A stretch of DNA of 64,000 nt. Source: an uncultured delta proteobacterium. GTDB taxonomy: Bacteria; Desulfobacterota; WTBG01. The stretch lies in contig CAWCBP010000001.1 in the NCBI GenBank assembly GCA_963793865.1, forward strand, positions 768,001-832,000. Direction: 5' to 3'. Shown one piece after another: positions 53,091 through 62,763 of the stretch; positions within the stretch are counted from its first letter, which is position 1; each line of letters opens with the position of its first letter. Both the position numbers and the translations under genes were made by a program. Below the pieces are notes generated by a model that was not told the DNA's origin, made no database searches, and worked only from the letters and a program-made list of their open reading frames with translations.

Positions 53091-54877
53091 AACGATTATT
53101 GCAGATGAAGCTGTACCTGGCCGGCGGTCTCATATCCCTTACCGGTGCAATTGTGCTGTACCGCTGGATATCCTCCAACAGCAGCTGGAAACTGCAGGAG
53201 CAGCTGCAGATCATATCCCCGCTCTTTTTGGAAATCTGCTTCTTTCTCCTGATACTCGCGGTGGGCATCAATTTCCGGCTCATCAAAGGCCTTTTCTCCG
53301 GCATACCCCGTACCATCTGGCTTTTTCTTGCGGCGATAACCGTGGGCGGTCTTCTCATCACCGTTTTTGCGGCGCCGCGCGATCACCGGATTTATTATGA
53401 CGAGGATATTTATCTCAGCATTGGTCAGAATATTGCCTATCTTAAAAATACCGGCGCCCATGCCGGGGAGGACTACGGAAGTAGCTTGAGCAGTATCTGG
53501 AAACGATGGACCGGCCGCGCGGCCATGTGCAATGAGGGAAGGCATGAGTACGGCGATTTTTTCTGCGACCGGCTGGAATACAACAAGGAGCCCAACGGAT
53601 GGCCTTATCTGATCAGCATCGTCTTTCGCCTCGCCGGCGTTCATGAAAACGCGATTTTCTGGATGACCAATATTCTGTATGCGCTGTCAATAGTCACCGC
53701 CTTCGGCGCAGCTTATCTGCTTTTCCACTGCCCGTATCGGGGGCTGTTTGCGGCGCTCATCTTTGCCCTGACCCCGGAATATATCATGTGGTCCAACACC
53801 ACCGCGGTTGAACCGAGCGCCGCCTGCTTTGCAGGCCTGGCCGTCCTCAGTGCGCTTATCTATGTAAGAAGCCGGGCGGGAACTGCCCTGTTCCTGCTGA
53901 CGGTCACGGCGGCATTTGCATGCCAGTTCAGGCCGGAGTCCATCATGTGCCTGGCGGTTATCGGCCTGGCGGTGCTGTTTTTTGCCGGAGAAGAGCTGAA
54001 GCGGGGCCGGTTTTATCTTGCCCTGTCGCTTCTCTTTATCCTGATCATTCCCCATCTGGTTCACCTCTATGCGGTGAAAGACATGGGCTGGGGAAGTTCA
54101 GGGCCGAAGTTTTCTTTTGATTTTCTCCAAGGCAACTTGAGGACCAATGCCCTTTTTTATCTGAAGAATGTCAGATTCCCGGTGATGTTCACGGTGCTGT
54201 TTTTCCTTGGTCTGCTGCTGGGAGGAAGGGAAGGGGAGAGGAACGGCAAGACATTCCACCTGTACGAGAAAACCGTGGCGTTATTCTGGTTTCTGCTTTT
54301 CTGGGGCATCTTTATTCTGTTTTACGCGGGCAGCTACGATTACGGCGCGGATGTCCGCTTTGCCCTGCTTTCATCCATGCCGCTGGCCCTGCTTGCCGGA
54401 AGCGGCTGCGTATCGTTTGCCCAGCTCTTTAACCGGCGATTCCGGCACATGCAGTTTCTCGTCGCACTGGTGATTATTTTTTCCTTTATCCCGTTTTTGC
54501 CCTTCGTCAAGGCAATCACCCAGGAGGCATGGGGGGCGCGATATGATCATAATTATGCGCGGGAAATGGCGAAAGAGGTGCCGGATAACGGGATAGTGCT
54601 CACCCATAACCCGAATATGTTCCTCCTGTGGGGAAAGAATGCCGCGCAGGCATCGCTGGCAACCGAACAGACAGGCTACTTCAATCGTTTCTTCAGCCGA
54701 TATCCCGGCGGCATTTATTTCCATTACAATTTCTGGTGCAACGTGCCCGACAAGCTGCAGAATTCATTTTGCAAGAACATTCTGGAGCGCTATGACTGCA
54801 CGCTGATCAAATCCTACAAGGAGAGAGACTACACCTACGAGCTGTATAGGGTTGAAAAGAAGCAGCAGGCGAATTAA
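53087..54877 (+). CDS. GT-C (PMT/ArnT-like) membrane glycosyltransferase
   Basis: Multi-TM protein; YYDEDIY acidic first loop; RPE and D.RF motifs. Confidence 0.75.
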   Translation: MKRLLQMKLYLAGGLISLTGAIVLYRWISSNSSWKLQEQLQIISPLFLEICFFLLILAVGINFRLIKGLFSGIPRTIWLFLAAITVGGLLITVFAAPRDHRIYYDEDIYLSIGQNIAYLKNTGAHAGEDYGSSLSSIWKRWTGRAAMCNEGRHEYGDFFCDRLEYNKEPNGWPYLISIVFRLAGVHENAIFWMTNILYALSIVTAFGAAYLLFHCPYRGLFAALIFALTPEYIMWSNTTAVEPSAACFAGLAVLSALIYVRSRAGTALFLLTVTAAFACQFRPESIMCLAVIGLAVLFFAGEELKRGRFYLALSLLFILIIPHLVHLYAVKDMGWGSSGPKFSFDFLQGNLRTNALFYLKNVRFPVMFTVLFFLGLLLGGREGERNGKTFHLYEKTVALFWFLLFWGIFILFYAGSYDYGADVRFALLSSMPLALLAGSGCVSFAQLFNRRFRHMQFLVALVIIFSFIPFLPFVKAITQEAWGARYDHNYAREMAKEVPDNGIVLTHNPNMFLLWGKNAAQASLATEQTGYFNRFFSRYPGGIYFHYNFWCNVPDKLQNSFCKNILERYDCTLIKSYKERDYTYELYRVEKKQQAN

Positions 54878-54907
54878 AGCGTCACCCCGACCTACTACTC
54901 ATGAACA

Positions 54908-54943
54908 AGAGCGCACATTCAGAAACGTGCGCTCTCGTTTTTT
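54908..54943 (+). terminator. intrinsic terminator
   Basis: AGAGCGCAC...GTGCGCTCT followed by a T run. Confidence 0.7.
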
Positions 54944-55070
54944 GGCCGAAGATATAATCAAACCTGCCTGAGTTAGAGACTGTCTGCGCATTGTCTGTTC
55001 ACCTACGGACTCGGTACCTCACCAATGCTACGCATGGCAGATTCTAAAGAGAATTCACCCCAGTTGTCCC

Positions 55071-55096
55071 ATTCGCGGCTGAAAGCCGCTCCTACC
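55071..55096. repeat. REP-like element (copy C, half)
   Basis: attcgcggctgaaagccgctcctacc. Confidence 0.7.
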
Positions 55097-55183
55097 GGCT
55101 GTTACCACAATTCTGAGAGATTCACCCGCCCAAGGCTGGTAATTTCTTAGATTTGATCCTGTAAGAATCAATATCGTAAGGGG

Positions 55184-55251
55184 GGGGACGCCCTTAAAAT
55201 TCTAAAATTCATTGTTCATGCCCGAAAACTTAGAAATTTAAGGGCGTCCCC
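55184..55251. repeat. MITE-like inverted repeat
   Basis: GGGGACGCCCTTAAAATTCTAA ... TTAGAAATTTAAGGGCGTCCCC. Confidence 0.7.
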
Positions 55252-55282
55252 TCCTGATATGAGCTGAGGATGTTTGAACGTT

Positions 55283-55336
55283 CGGTAGGAACTCCTTCCG
55301 GCGTGATACATTCGCGGCGTAAAGCCGCTCCTGCCG
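55283..55336. repeat. REP-like element (copy D)
   Basis: cggtaggaactcc...ttcgcggcgtaaagccgctcctgccg. Confidence 0.7.
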
Positions 55337-55509
55337 ATTATATAATTTTTTGAGAGATAATGACTTAGATGTGAGCCTTTACAATTCTATCATGACCATA
55401 ATCCCTTTTTCCCTTGACAAGAAAAGGTCGTTGCGGTTATAAGTATCGAGAAAAAATGGCAATTTGATTGCTGCATTGAAATATTTTTCGCATCGGGGAG
55501 ATTATTGCA

Positions 55510-56307
55510 ATGATTGGAAAAGAAATACGATTGGAGCGAATTCTTAACCGTAATACCAGGAAGACCGTGATCATTCCCATGGATCATGGTGTCAGCAGCG
55601 GCCCTATAAAGGGACTGCTCGACATGCGGGTGAGTATCGCTGAGGTGGTTAAAGGCGGGGCGAATGCCATCGTCATGCACAAGGGGCTGGTTGCCAACGG
55701 CCACCGGGGCAGAGGCAAGGACGTGGGACTGATAATTCACCTTTCGGCGAGCACCAGGCTGTCGCCGGATCCCAACGCCAAGATGCTGGTCTGCTCGGTG
55801 GAGGAGGCGTTGAAGTTAGGCGCTGATGCGGTTTCCATCCACGTCAACATCGGAGCGGATGACGAGAAAACCATGCTTAAGGATTTTGGCACGGTTTCGC
55901 GGGCCTGCTCATACTGGGGCATGCCGCTTCTGGCCATGGTTTACCCGCGCGGCCGCGCCATAGCCGATGAGTATGATCTCACGGCGGTGAAGCATGCGGC
56001 CCGCCTGGGCGCGGAACTTGGTGCGGATATTGTAAAAGTCTCCTATACCGGTTCAGCCGATAGCTTTCACGAGGTGGTGGAAGGATGCTTTGTGCCGGTT
56101 GTGATCGCCGGCGGTCCCCGAATGGAAACCGACCGGGATATTCTCGAAATGGTGCGCGGTTCGATCCAGGCCGGCGGCGCCGGACTTTCAATCGGCAGAA
56201 ACGCATTTCAGCACAAGGATCCCGCCCGCATCGTCAGGGCCATGGCAAGCATCGTTCACAAAGGTGTGACCGTTGACGAAGCGCTGCAGATAGCGGAGGC
56301 CGACTGA
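55510..56307 (+). CDS. aroA': 2-amino-3,7-dideoxy-D-threo-hept-6-ulosonate synthase (AroA', DhnA-type aldolase)
   Basis: GK.IRLERI, PMDHG, HLSAST, GADIVK, AGGP, GRNAFQ; adjacent to DHQ synthase II. Confidence 0.9.
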   Translation: MIGKEIRLERILNRNTRKTVIIPMDHGVSSGPIKGLLDMRVSIAEVVKGGANAIVMHKGLVANGHRGRGKDVGLIIHLSASTRLSPDPNAKMLVCSVEEALKLGADAVSIHVNIGADDEKTMLKDFGTVSRACSYWGMPLLAMVYPRGRAIADEYDLTAVKHAARLGAELGADIVKVSYTGSADSFHEVVEGCFVPVVIAGGPRMETDRDILEMVRGSIQAGGAGLSIGRNAFQHKDPARIVRAMASIVHKGVTVDEALQIAEAD

Positions 56308-57299
56308 TGAAGACCGTCTGGATCAAGGCCATACCCTGGAAGAAGGAGATAGTGACCACTGCGCTGGAGAGCGGCGCCGATGCGGTGATGGTGCCCAAAG
56401 GATGCAGCAGCAAGGTGAAAAAGCTCGGGGTCATCACCACCATTGCCGATGACGGCGATCTCCGGCTGGGCAAAGATGTGGTGGAGTGGGAGATCCGCTC
56501 CAAGGCCGATGAGGAGAAGATACTCTCCCTGAGCAGGCGAAGCAAAGTGATTGTCAGGACCCGGGACTGGACGGTGATTCCGCTTGAAAATCTCATTGCC
56601 CAGACCTCGAATCTGATCGTGGAGGTCAAGACCGCGCGTGAAGCAAAGACGGCGCTTAAGGTACTGGAAAAGGGCGTGGACGGGGTTCTTCTCAACACCC
56701 GCGACCTTTCGGAAATAAAGAAGACGGTTGCCCAGATCAAGGAAAGTTCCGAGCGCATCAGCCTGCAGACCGTCCAGATTACCAGGGTGGAGACGCTGGG
56801 CATGGGGGACCGCGTCTGCATAGACACCTGCAGCAACATGGCCATCGGAGAAGGCATGCTGGTCGGCAACAGCAGCAGCGGGCTTTTTCTGGTGCATGCG
56901 GAATCAGTCGAAAACCCTTATGTGGAGCCGAGGCCCTTCCGGGTCAATGCCGGGCCGGTGCATGCCTATGTCAGGGTGCCGGAGGGCAAAACACGGTATC
57001 TATCCGAATTGCGGTCGGGCGATGAGGTGACCATCGTCAATTACAAGGGGCACTGCCAGAACTCCATCGTCGGAAGAATCAAGGTTGAAAAGCGGCCGCT
57101 CATGTTTATTGAGGCGGCGTGCCGGCAAAAGACCATCGCCACCATCCTGCAGAATGCCGAGACCATACGGCTTACCCAGCCCAACGGATCGCCGATTTCG
57201 GTGGTGGATCTGAAGAAAGGGAGCAGGGTACAGGCCTTTCTTGAAGAGGCAGGACGGCATTTCGGGATGAAAATAAAGGAAACCATCACTGAAAAATGA
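56307..57299 (+). CDS. aroB': 3-dehydroquinate synthase II
   Basis: DWTVIPLENLIA, GDRVCIDT, RPFRVNAG.VH, QNAETIRL, GRHFG. Confidence 0.95.
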   Translation: MKTVWIKAIPWKKEIVTTALESGADAVMVPKGCSSKVKKLGVITTIADDGDLRLGKDVVEWEIRSKADEEKILSLSRRSKVIVRTRDWTVIPLENLIAQTSNLIVEVKTAREAKTALKVLEKGVDGVLLNTRDLSEIKKTVAQIKESSERISLQTVQITRVETLGMGDRVCIDTCSNMAIGEGMLVGNSSSGLFLVHAESVENPYVEPRPFRVNAGPVHAYVRVPEGKTRYLSELRSGDEVTIVNYKGHCQNSIVGRIKVEKRPLMFIEAACRQKTIATILQNAETIRLTQPNGSPISVVDLKKGSRVQAFLEEAGRHFGMKIKETITEK

Positions 57300-57312
57300 T
57301 CAGGAGAGACCC

Positions 57313-58314
57313 ATGAACACCGGAAGCCCGTGCCGCTGCATCGGCCGGCACACCATCAGATTCGCGCTCGCGGCAGCAGTGCTGTTTCTCTGCGGATGCA
57401 CCTGCTTTTCCATACCGCTCATGGAGCGCGACCGGGAGCTTGACGAAACGGTCGTCTCCGGCAAGGGCAGGGACAAGATACTGCTGCTGGATATTTCCGG
57501 CACCATCAGCAGCCAGGAGAAGCGGGGTGCGATTTCTTTCAGATCGGAGGACAGCCCCGTATCCCGGGTGCGCGAAGAACTCATGCGGGCCGCCAAGGAC
57601 GATCATATCAAGGGTCTGCTCGTGCGCATCAACAGCCCCGGCGGGACGGTTACGGCCAGCGACATTATTTACAATGAAATCAGGCGATTTAAGGAAGAGA
57701 AAAAGGTCCCGGTGGTTGCGGCGATGACGGAACTGGCCGCCTCCGGTGGATATTATGTCGCGGTTGCCGCCGACACAATCGTTGCCCATCCCACATCAAT
57801 AACCGGAAGCATCGGCGTCATTGCCGTCAAGCTCAATGCCCAGGGCCTCATGGAGAAGATCGGGATTGTTGATGAAACCTTTAAAGCGGGCGATAAAAAG
57901 GACCTCTTATCCCCCATGCGTCCGGCGACCGCGGAGGAACGGGAAATAATTCAAACCATGCTCAATGCCTTTCATCAGCGTTTCAAGGATCTGGTGCTCA
58001 AAGGCCGGCCGTCGATTACCGCGGCTGAAATCGACACGCTGGCCGATGGCAGGGTCTATACCGCGGATCAGGCGCTTGCAAACAAGCTTGTTGATGAGAT
58101 CGGCTATCTGGATGACGCGATTGCCGTGGTTAAGAAGGGAGCGGGGATCAAGGAAGCTCGCGTGGTCATGTATCACCGGCCCTGGGGCTATAAAAACAAC
58201 ATTTATTCGCAACTGCTCAGGCCGGAGGTTGAGAACATCAATCTGATCAATCTGGACCTGTCATGGCTGCTGGGTGAAGCCGGGCTGCATTTCATGTACC
58301 TGTGGATTCCCTGA
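57313..58314 (+). CDS. sppA: signal peptide peptidase SppA (S49)
   Basis: RINSPGG, AASGGYY, TGSIGV, DGRVYT..QA. Confidence 0.93.
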   Translation: MNTGSPCRCIGRHTIRFALAAAVLFLCGCTCFSIPLMERDRELDETVVSGKGRDKILLLDISGTISSQEKRGAISFRSEDSPVSRVREELMRAAKDDHIKGLLVRINSPGGTVTASDIIYNEIRRFKEEKKVPVVAAMTELAASGGYYVAVAADTIVAHPTSITGSIGVIAVKLNAQGLMEKIGIVDETFKAGDKKDLLSPMRPATAEEREIIQTMLNAFHQRFKDLVLKGRPSITAAEIDTLADGRVYTADQALANKLVDEIGYLDDAIAVVKKGAGIKEARVVMYHRPWGYKNNIYSQLLRPEVENINLINLDLSWLLGEAGLHFMYLWIP

Positions 58315-58322
58315 ACAGCCTG

Positions 58323-58997
58323 TTATTTCTTCCAGTAGTCCTTGAGGCCGGTGCGCAATTTTGCCAGGTCTTTCGCGTAGCCGTAGAGGTGCAGCCCTTT
58401 CGAGGACACAATCATTTCTCCGTCCTCCACGCCGATCTGCCGGGCCATGTATTCCTTCAGCTGCTGAAAACCCGCCAGGTTTGCCGGAAAGCCTCCCCAC
58501 AAATCCCAGCTTCTGAAATAGATGATAAAGTGGAGCTTGTTGTCGCGGATGCGCGTGTCAATGTGCCTCAGGCAGGGCGGATCTTCCAGATCGATGTCGG
58601 ATGGCTGTCCCACCTGCATGATGAGCTGATTGGTGCCGAAGCCGTGTTTTTTGTACCGGTCAATGACTTTATCGACGGAAAGCATCAGCCGTTCGCCGTA
58701 GGTATACTGCTCGTTGTTTTCCTTGATATCCGACAGGAGATAGCGGGCCGCATAATTGTCCACATATTCCTGAGTGGTGGGGGAGGGGATGCCCAATCCG
58801 GGCGGCATGTCCGGAATATGAGGCTTTACCCCCGGATATTTTATGTGGATGGTGATGTAGTCAAACTCCCGTCTGATCTGACCCGCATAGCTGCCAAGGT
58901 CGATGGTGTATTCCGGCACCCCTTCCTTTAAAATGTGCCATAATGCCTGAAACCAGGCATCAGGCAGGGTGGTTGCCTCAAGCGTGACAAGTTCCAT
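58323..58997 (-). CDS. thyA: thymidylate synthase (short, archaeal-like ThyA)
   Basis: YTYGERL, PPCL, FRSWD..GFPAN, LHLY. Confidence 0.88.
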   Translation of the reverse strand: MELVTLEATTLPDAWFQALWHILKEGVPEYTIDLGSYAGQIRREFDYITIHIKYPGVKPHIPDMPPGLGIPSPTTQEYVDNYAARYLLSDIKENNEQYTYGERLMLSVDKVIDRYKKHGFGTNQLIMQVGQPSDIDLEDPPCLRHIDTRIRDNKLHFIIYFRSWDLWGGFPANLAGFQQLKEYMARQIGVEDGEMIVSSKGLHLYGYAKDLAKLRTGLKDYWKK

Positions 58998-59393
58998 GGT
59001 CTATTCCTCAATCGGTTGTGAAGGAGTGCAGCCTGGAGATGAGCGGGGGGGGATGGAGCAATTCCGCACCGCCGGATATACGTTGGTAAACCGGTTCAAA
59101 AGATATCATTCCCGTTTTTCTTTAGTCAAGTATTTTTCAAAACCCACCCAGCAGTTTTTAACCATGCAAGGGGTGGTGATTGGGCTTGACATAACCCCTA
59201 AATTTAGTTATGTTACACCTGCTTTTACACATGATCTTCTTGAGCTGTGTGCCTTCGGGGCGTGATGATCATGGTCTATGCTTCCGTAGATAGGGTCACG
59301 AGACGGTTCGCGGTGATTGGTTGCTGCGATTTCTTTATTCCCGCCCGGGGCAGGGCGGCAGAAAGCAGCTCTGGCTGACAGGAGAGTGTAATA

Positions 59394-60437
59394 ATGGTGT
59401 GGAGCGGAGAAAACCGGCAGCGGGACCCCTGGTCCAGAGGTAACGGCGGGCTGCCGCCCGAATTTGAAAAAATCATTGAAACTATCACCCGGGGGTTCAG
59501 GGGCGGAAAGTTCAACCTGCTTTTTGTGCTCCTGATCATCGCGGCGATATGGATTGTTTTTTCCACTGTCTACACCGTAGGGGTGGATGAGGTGGGCGTG
59601 GTGCAGCGCTTCGGGAAATATGTGCGCACTACCATGCCCGGGCTTCATTTTAAACTCCCCAGCGGTATCGAAAAAATGACCAGGGTCAAGGTGAGTTATG
59701 TATATACCGAGGAGTTTGGTCAGCGGACGATAAGTGCAGGTATTCAAACGGAATACGGGTCTGATTCACGCTATCTCAATGAATCACTCATGCTTACCGG
59801 TGATTTAAACTCTGCCTTGGTGCCCTGGGTTGTGCAGTTTAGAATAGATGATCCCTACAAATTTCTTTTTTTGGTAAGAAATGTCCGTTCGACCCTGAGA
59901 GACATGTCGGAATCTGCGGTTCGAGCCGTAGTGGGAGACCGAAGTATCGATGAGGTAATAAGCGGGAGAGAGGATATCGCCCGGGAAGCAAAGATTAAAT
60001 TGCAACAGGCTTTAGATGATTCGCATACCGGGTTAAGCCTGGTCAATGTTGAACTGCAAAAAACAAATGTACCCGAACCGGTGCAGCCTTCTTTCAATGA
60101 AGTGAATAAGGCGGTTCAGGAAAAGGAGCAGCTGATTTATCAGGCCAAGGAGCAGTATAACAAGATTATTCCCACTGCTTTGGGAGAGGCGGAGCAAACC
60201 ATTAAGGCAGCGGAAGGATACGCGCTTGATCGGGTTAATCGATCCAAGGGAGATGCCGACAGGTTCCATGCGCTCTTCGAGGAATACAGCAAGGCAAAAG
60301 ACGTGACCCGTCGCCGGCTTTACCTGGAGGCCATGGCTGTTTTGCTTCCGAAGCTGGGTAACAAATACATCATAGATCCTGATCAGCAGGGTCTTCTTCC
60401 CCTGCTCAACTTGCAAAAGGAGGCTAAAGGACAATGA
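59394..60437 (+). CDS. hflK: FtsH modulator HflK
   Basis: GVVQRFGK..PGLHFK, MLTGD.N, A.GDA.RF, VTRRRLYLE. Confidence 0.95.
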   Translation: MVWSGENRQRDPWSRGNGGLPPEFEKIIETITRGFRGGKFNLLFVLLIIAAIWIVFSTVYTVGVDEVGVVQRFGKYVRTTMPGLHFKLPSGIEKMTRVKVSYVYTEEFGQRTISAGIQTEYGSDSRYLNESLMLTGDLNSALVPWVVQFRIDDPYKFLFLVRNVRSTLRDMSESAVRAVVGDRSIDEVISGREDIAREAKIKLQQALDDSHTGLSLVNVELQKTNVPEPVQPSFNEVNKAVQEKEQLIYQAKEQYNKIIPTALGEAEQTIKAAEGYALDRVNRSKGDADRFHALFEEYSKAKDVTRRRLYLEAMAVLLPKLGNKYIIDPDQQGLLPLLNLQKEAKGQ

Positions 60438-61375
60438 GGAACCTGGTAGTGACGCTTGTCGTGCTCTTCATTGTTGTTACCCTTTTGAGGAGCACGGCAT
60501 TTATAGTCGACGAGACTGAACAGGTCGTAATAACACAATTTGGAAAACCGGTAGGCACAGCAATTAAGGATGCCGGATTGTATTTCAGGGCCCCATTCAT
60601 TCAGGAGGCCAATTATTTTCCAAAGAATCTTCTGGAGTGGAATGGTGAGCCCGGCCAGATGCCTACCAAAGATAAGACCTTTATCTCGCTCGATATATTT
60701 GCCCGCTGGAAGGTGATTGACCCGCTCATCTTTTTTCAGACGGTCCGGATTGAATCGGCAGCCCAGGCAAAGCTTGACAATATCATTGAGTCAGCCACCA
60801 GGAACCTGATTACTTCAAATTCATTAATTGAAGCGGTGAGGAATAGCGATCGGGAGATGGAGATCGGTGAAGTGGAGATGGATGAAACAACAAAGGCAAT
60901 AGTGAAGAAACCAGTAAAATTGGGACGAGAGGCTATAGCACGGAGCATCATGGAGCAGGCAAAACCGAAAATGGCACAGTTCGGGATTGACCTGGTGGAT
61001 GTCAGGATCAAACGGATCAATTATGTGGATGAGGTTCAAAGGGAAGTGTATAACAGGATGATTGCAGAGCGTAAACAGATTGCAGAAAAGTTCCGCTCCG
61101 AGGGCAGAGGTGAAAGTTTTAAAATAGCCGGTGATCGAGAAAAGGAGCTTAAGCGAATTACTTCTGAAGCCTACCGGACGGCACAGGAAATAATGGGATC
61201 AGCTGATGCGGAGGCAACACGGATTTATGCCGACGCCTTCAACAAAGACCCGGAATTTTATTCATTTATCAATACGCTATCCATTTATAAGGATTTCCTG
61301 GATAAGGATACTTGGCTCATGCTGAGCACCAAGAGCGATGCCATGAAATATTTGAAAAACTATGACGTGCAATAA
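60434..61375 (+). CDS. hflC: FtsH modulator HflC
   Basis: VITQFGKP..GL.F, RMIAER..A..FRSEG, DPEFYSF. Confidence 0.95.
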   Translation: MRNLVVTLVVLFIVVTLLRSTAFIVDETEQVVITQFGKPVGTAIKDAGLYFRAPFIQEANYFPKNLLEWNGEPGQMPTKDKTFISLDIFARWKVIDPLIFFQTVRIESAAQAKLDNIIESATRNLITSNSLIEAVRNSDREMEIGEVEMDETTKAIVKKPVKLGREAIARSIMEQAKPKMAQFGIDLVDVRIKRINYVDEVQREVYNRMIAERKQIAEKFRSEGRGESFKIAGDREKELKRITSEAYRTAQEIMGSADAEATRIYADAFNKDPEFYSFINTLSIYKDFLDKDTWLMLSTKSDAMKYLKNYDVQ

Positions 61376-61467
61376 GGTTCCGCCGGAACGACAGGGCATA
61401 GCAGCCCGGCATGCGCCATTCCGGATTGTAGCGGTTCAATGCAAAGTGATGAGAGGAGAATAAAACA

Positions 61468-61725
61468 ATGGCTCATAAGAAATCGGGCGGAAGCTCAACC
61501 AACGGGCGCGACAGTGCCGGAAAACGTCACGGCGTAAAGCGCGCCTCGGGTCAGCGTGTCCGGGCAGGCAGCATTTTGGTGCGGCAGGCGGGAAGCAGCA
61601 TTCACGCGGGTGAAAACGTGGGTACCGGTAAGGACTATACCCTGTTCGCCAAAATAGACGGTGTGGTGGCCTTCGAGCGCTGGGGCAAGGTAAGAACGCG
61701 GGTCAGCGTCTATGCCGCCGGCTAA
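61468..61725 (+). CDS. rpmA: 50S ribosomal protein L27
   Basis: [20 protein letters not shown]. Confidence 0.97.
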   Translation: MAHKKSGGSSTNGRDSAGKRHGVKRASGQRVRAGSILVRQAGSSIHAGENVGTGKDYTLFAKIDGVVAFERWGKVRTRVSVYAAG

Positions 61726-61731
61726 CCCTTG

Positions 61732-62741
61732 ATGAAGTTTATTGACGAAGCCAGGATACAGGTTATTGCGGGGGCGGGCGGCCGGGGATGCGTCAGCTTC
61801 AGGCGCGAAAAGTATGTTCCCCGCGGCGGACCTGACGGCGGGGACGGCGGCCGGGGCGGTGACGTGGTGCTTGTCGCTGACGCCCAGCTGGAATCGCTGG
61901 TTGATTTTCGCTACAAGCGTCATTACAAGGCCTCCTCCGGCGTCCATGGAAAGGGGAAAAAGCAGCACGGCAGGGCAGCGGCAACGCTCGTCATTCCGGT
62001 TCCCCTGGGCACGGTGGTTTCAGATGACGCGACGGGCGAAGTGCTCGGCGACCTCAGCCATCCTGATGACAGCGTCATCGTCGCCCGGGGAGGTGAAGGG
62101 GGCCGCGGCAATGCGCGTTTTGTGAGCTCAACCCGGCAGGCACCGCGGTTCGCTGAACCGGGGGGCTGCGGGGGGAGCGCTGGATTAGACTGGAATTGAA
62201 GCTGCTTGCCGATGTCGGGGTTGTCGGGCTGCCCAACAGCGGTAAATCGACACTGGTGGCGGCCCTGTCAGGGGCCCGGCCGAAAATCGCCGATTATCCC
62301 TTTACCACCCTGCGGCCGGTGCTCGGGGCGGTGCGCGCTGCCGGGGAGCGGACATTCACCATTGCGGACATACCGGGCCTGATTGAAGGCGCCCATGAAG
62401 GGCGCGGGCTGGGAACGGCCTTTTTGCGCCATATCGAGCGAACCAGGGTGCTTATTCATCTCATAGACGGTTCAAGCGGAGCCCTTCGCGAACCAGCTGA
62501 TGCATTTGCCGTTGTTTCCGGCGAACTCAAATTGCATAATTCCTCATTGCTTCAAAAGCCCCGTGTCATTGCCATCAACAAGATGGATGCGGTCGGAGCC
62601 CGGGATCGCTATCCTTCCATTAAGCAGCAGTTCGCAAAAAGCAGGATTAAGACATTCCCGGTTTCGGCCCTGACCGGTGAGGGATTAAAGCCGCTTATCG
62701 CCCACGTTGCCCGCATGCTCGACGGCGCAGCGGGCCGTTGA
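61732..62741 (+). CDS. obgE: GTPase ObgE, frameshifted in G runs near 62160-62180
   Basis: [48 protein letters not shown]. Confidence 0.95.
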
Positions 62742-62763
62742 GCGCATTCGACGCGGGAACGGC

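Noticed and set aside
59242..59371. 6S RNA or SRP RNA call
   Set aside because: It lacks the SRP consensus loop, and the size and gene context are atypical for 6S; kept only as an unassigned structured leader.
62160..62200. Programmed frameshift or pseudogene in obgE
   Set aside because: The break lies in G homopolymers of a normally essential gene, so sequencing error is more parsimonious.
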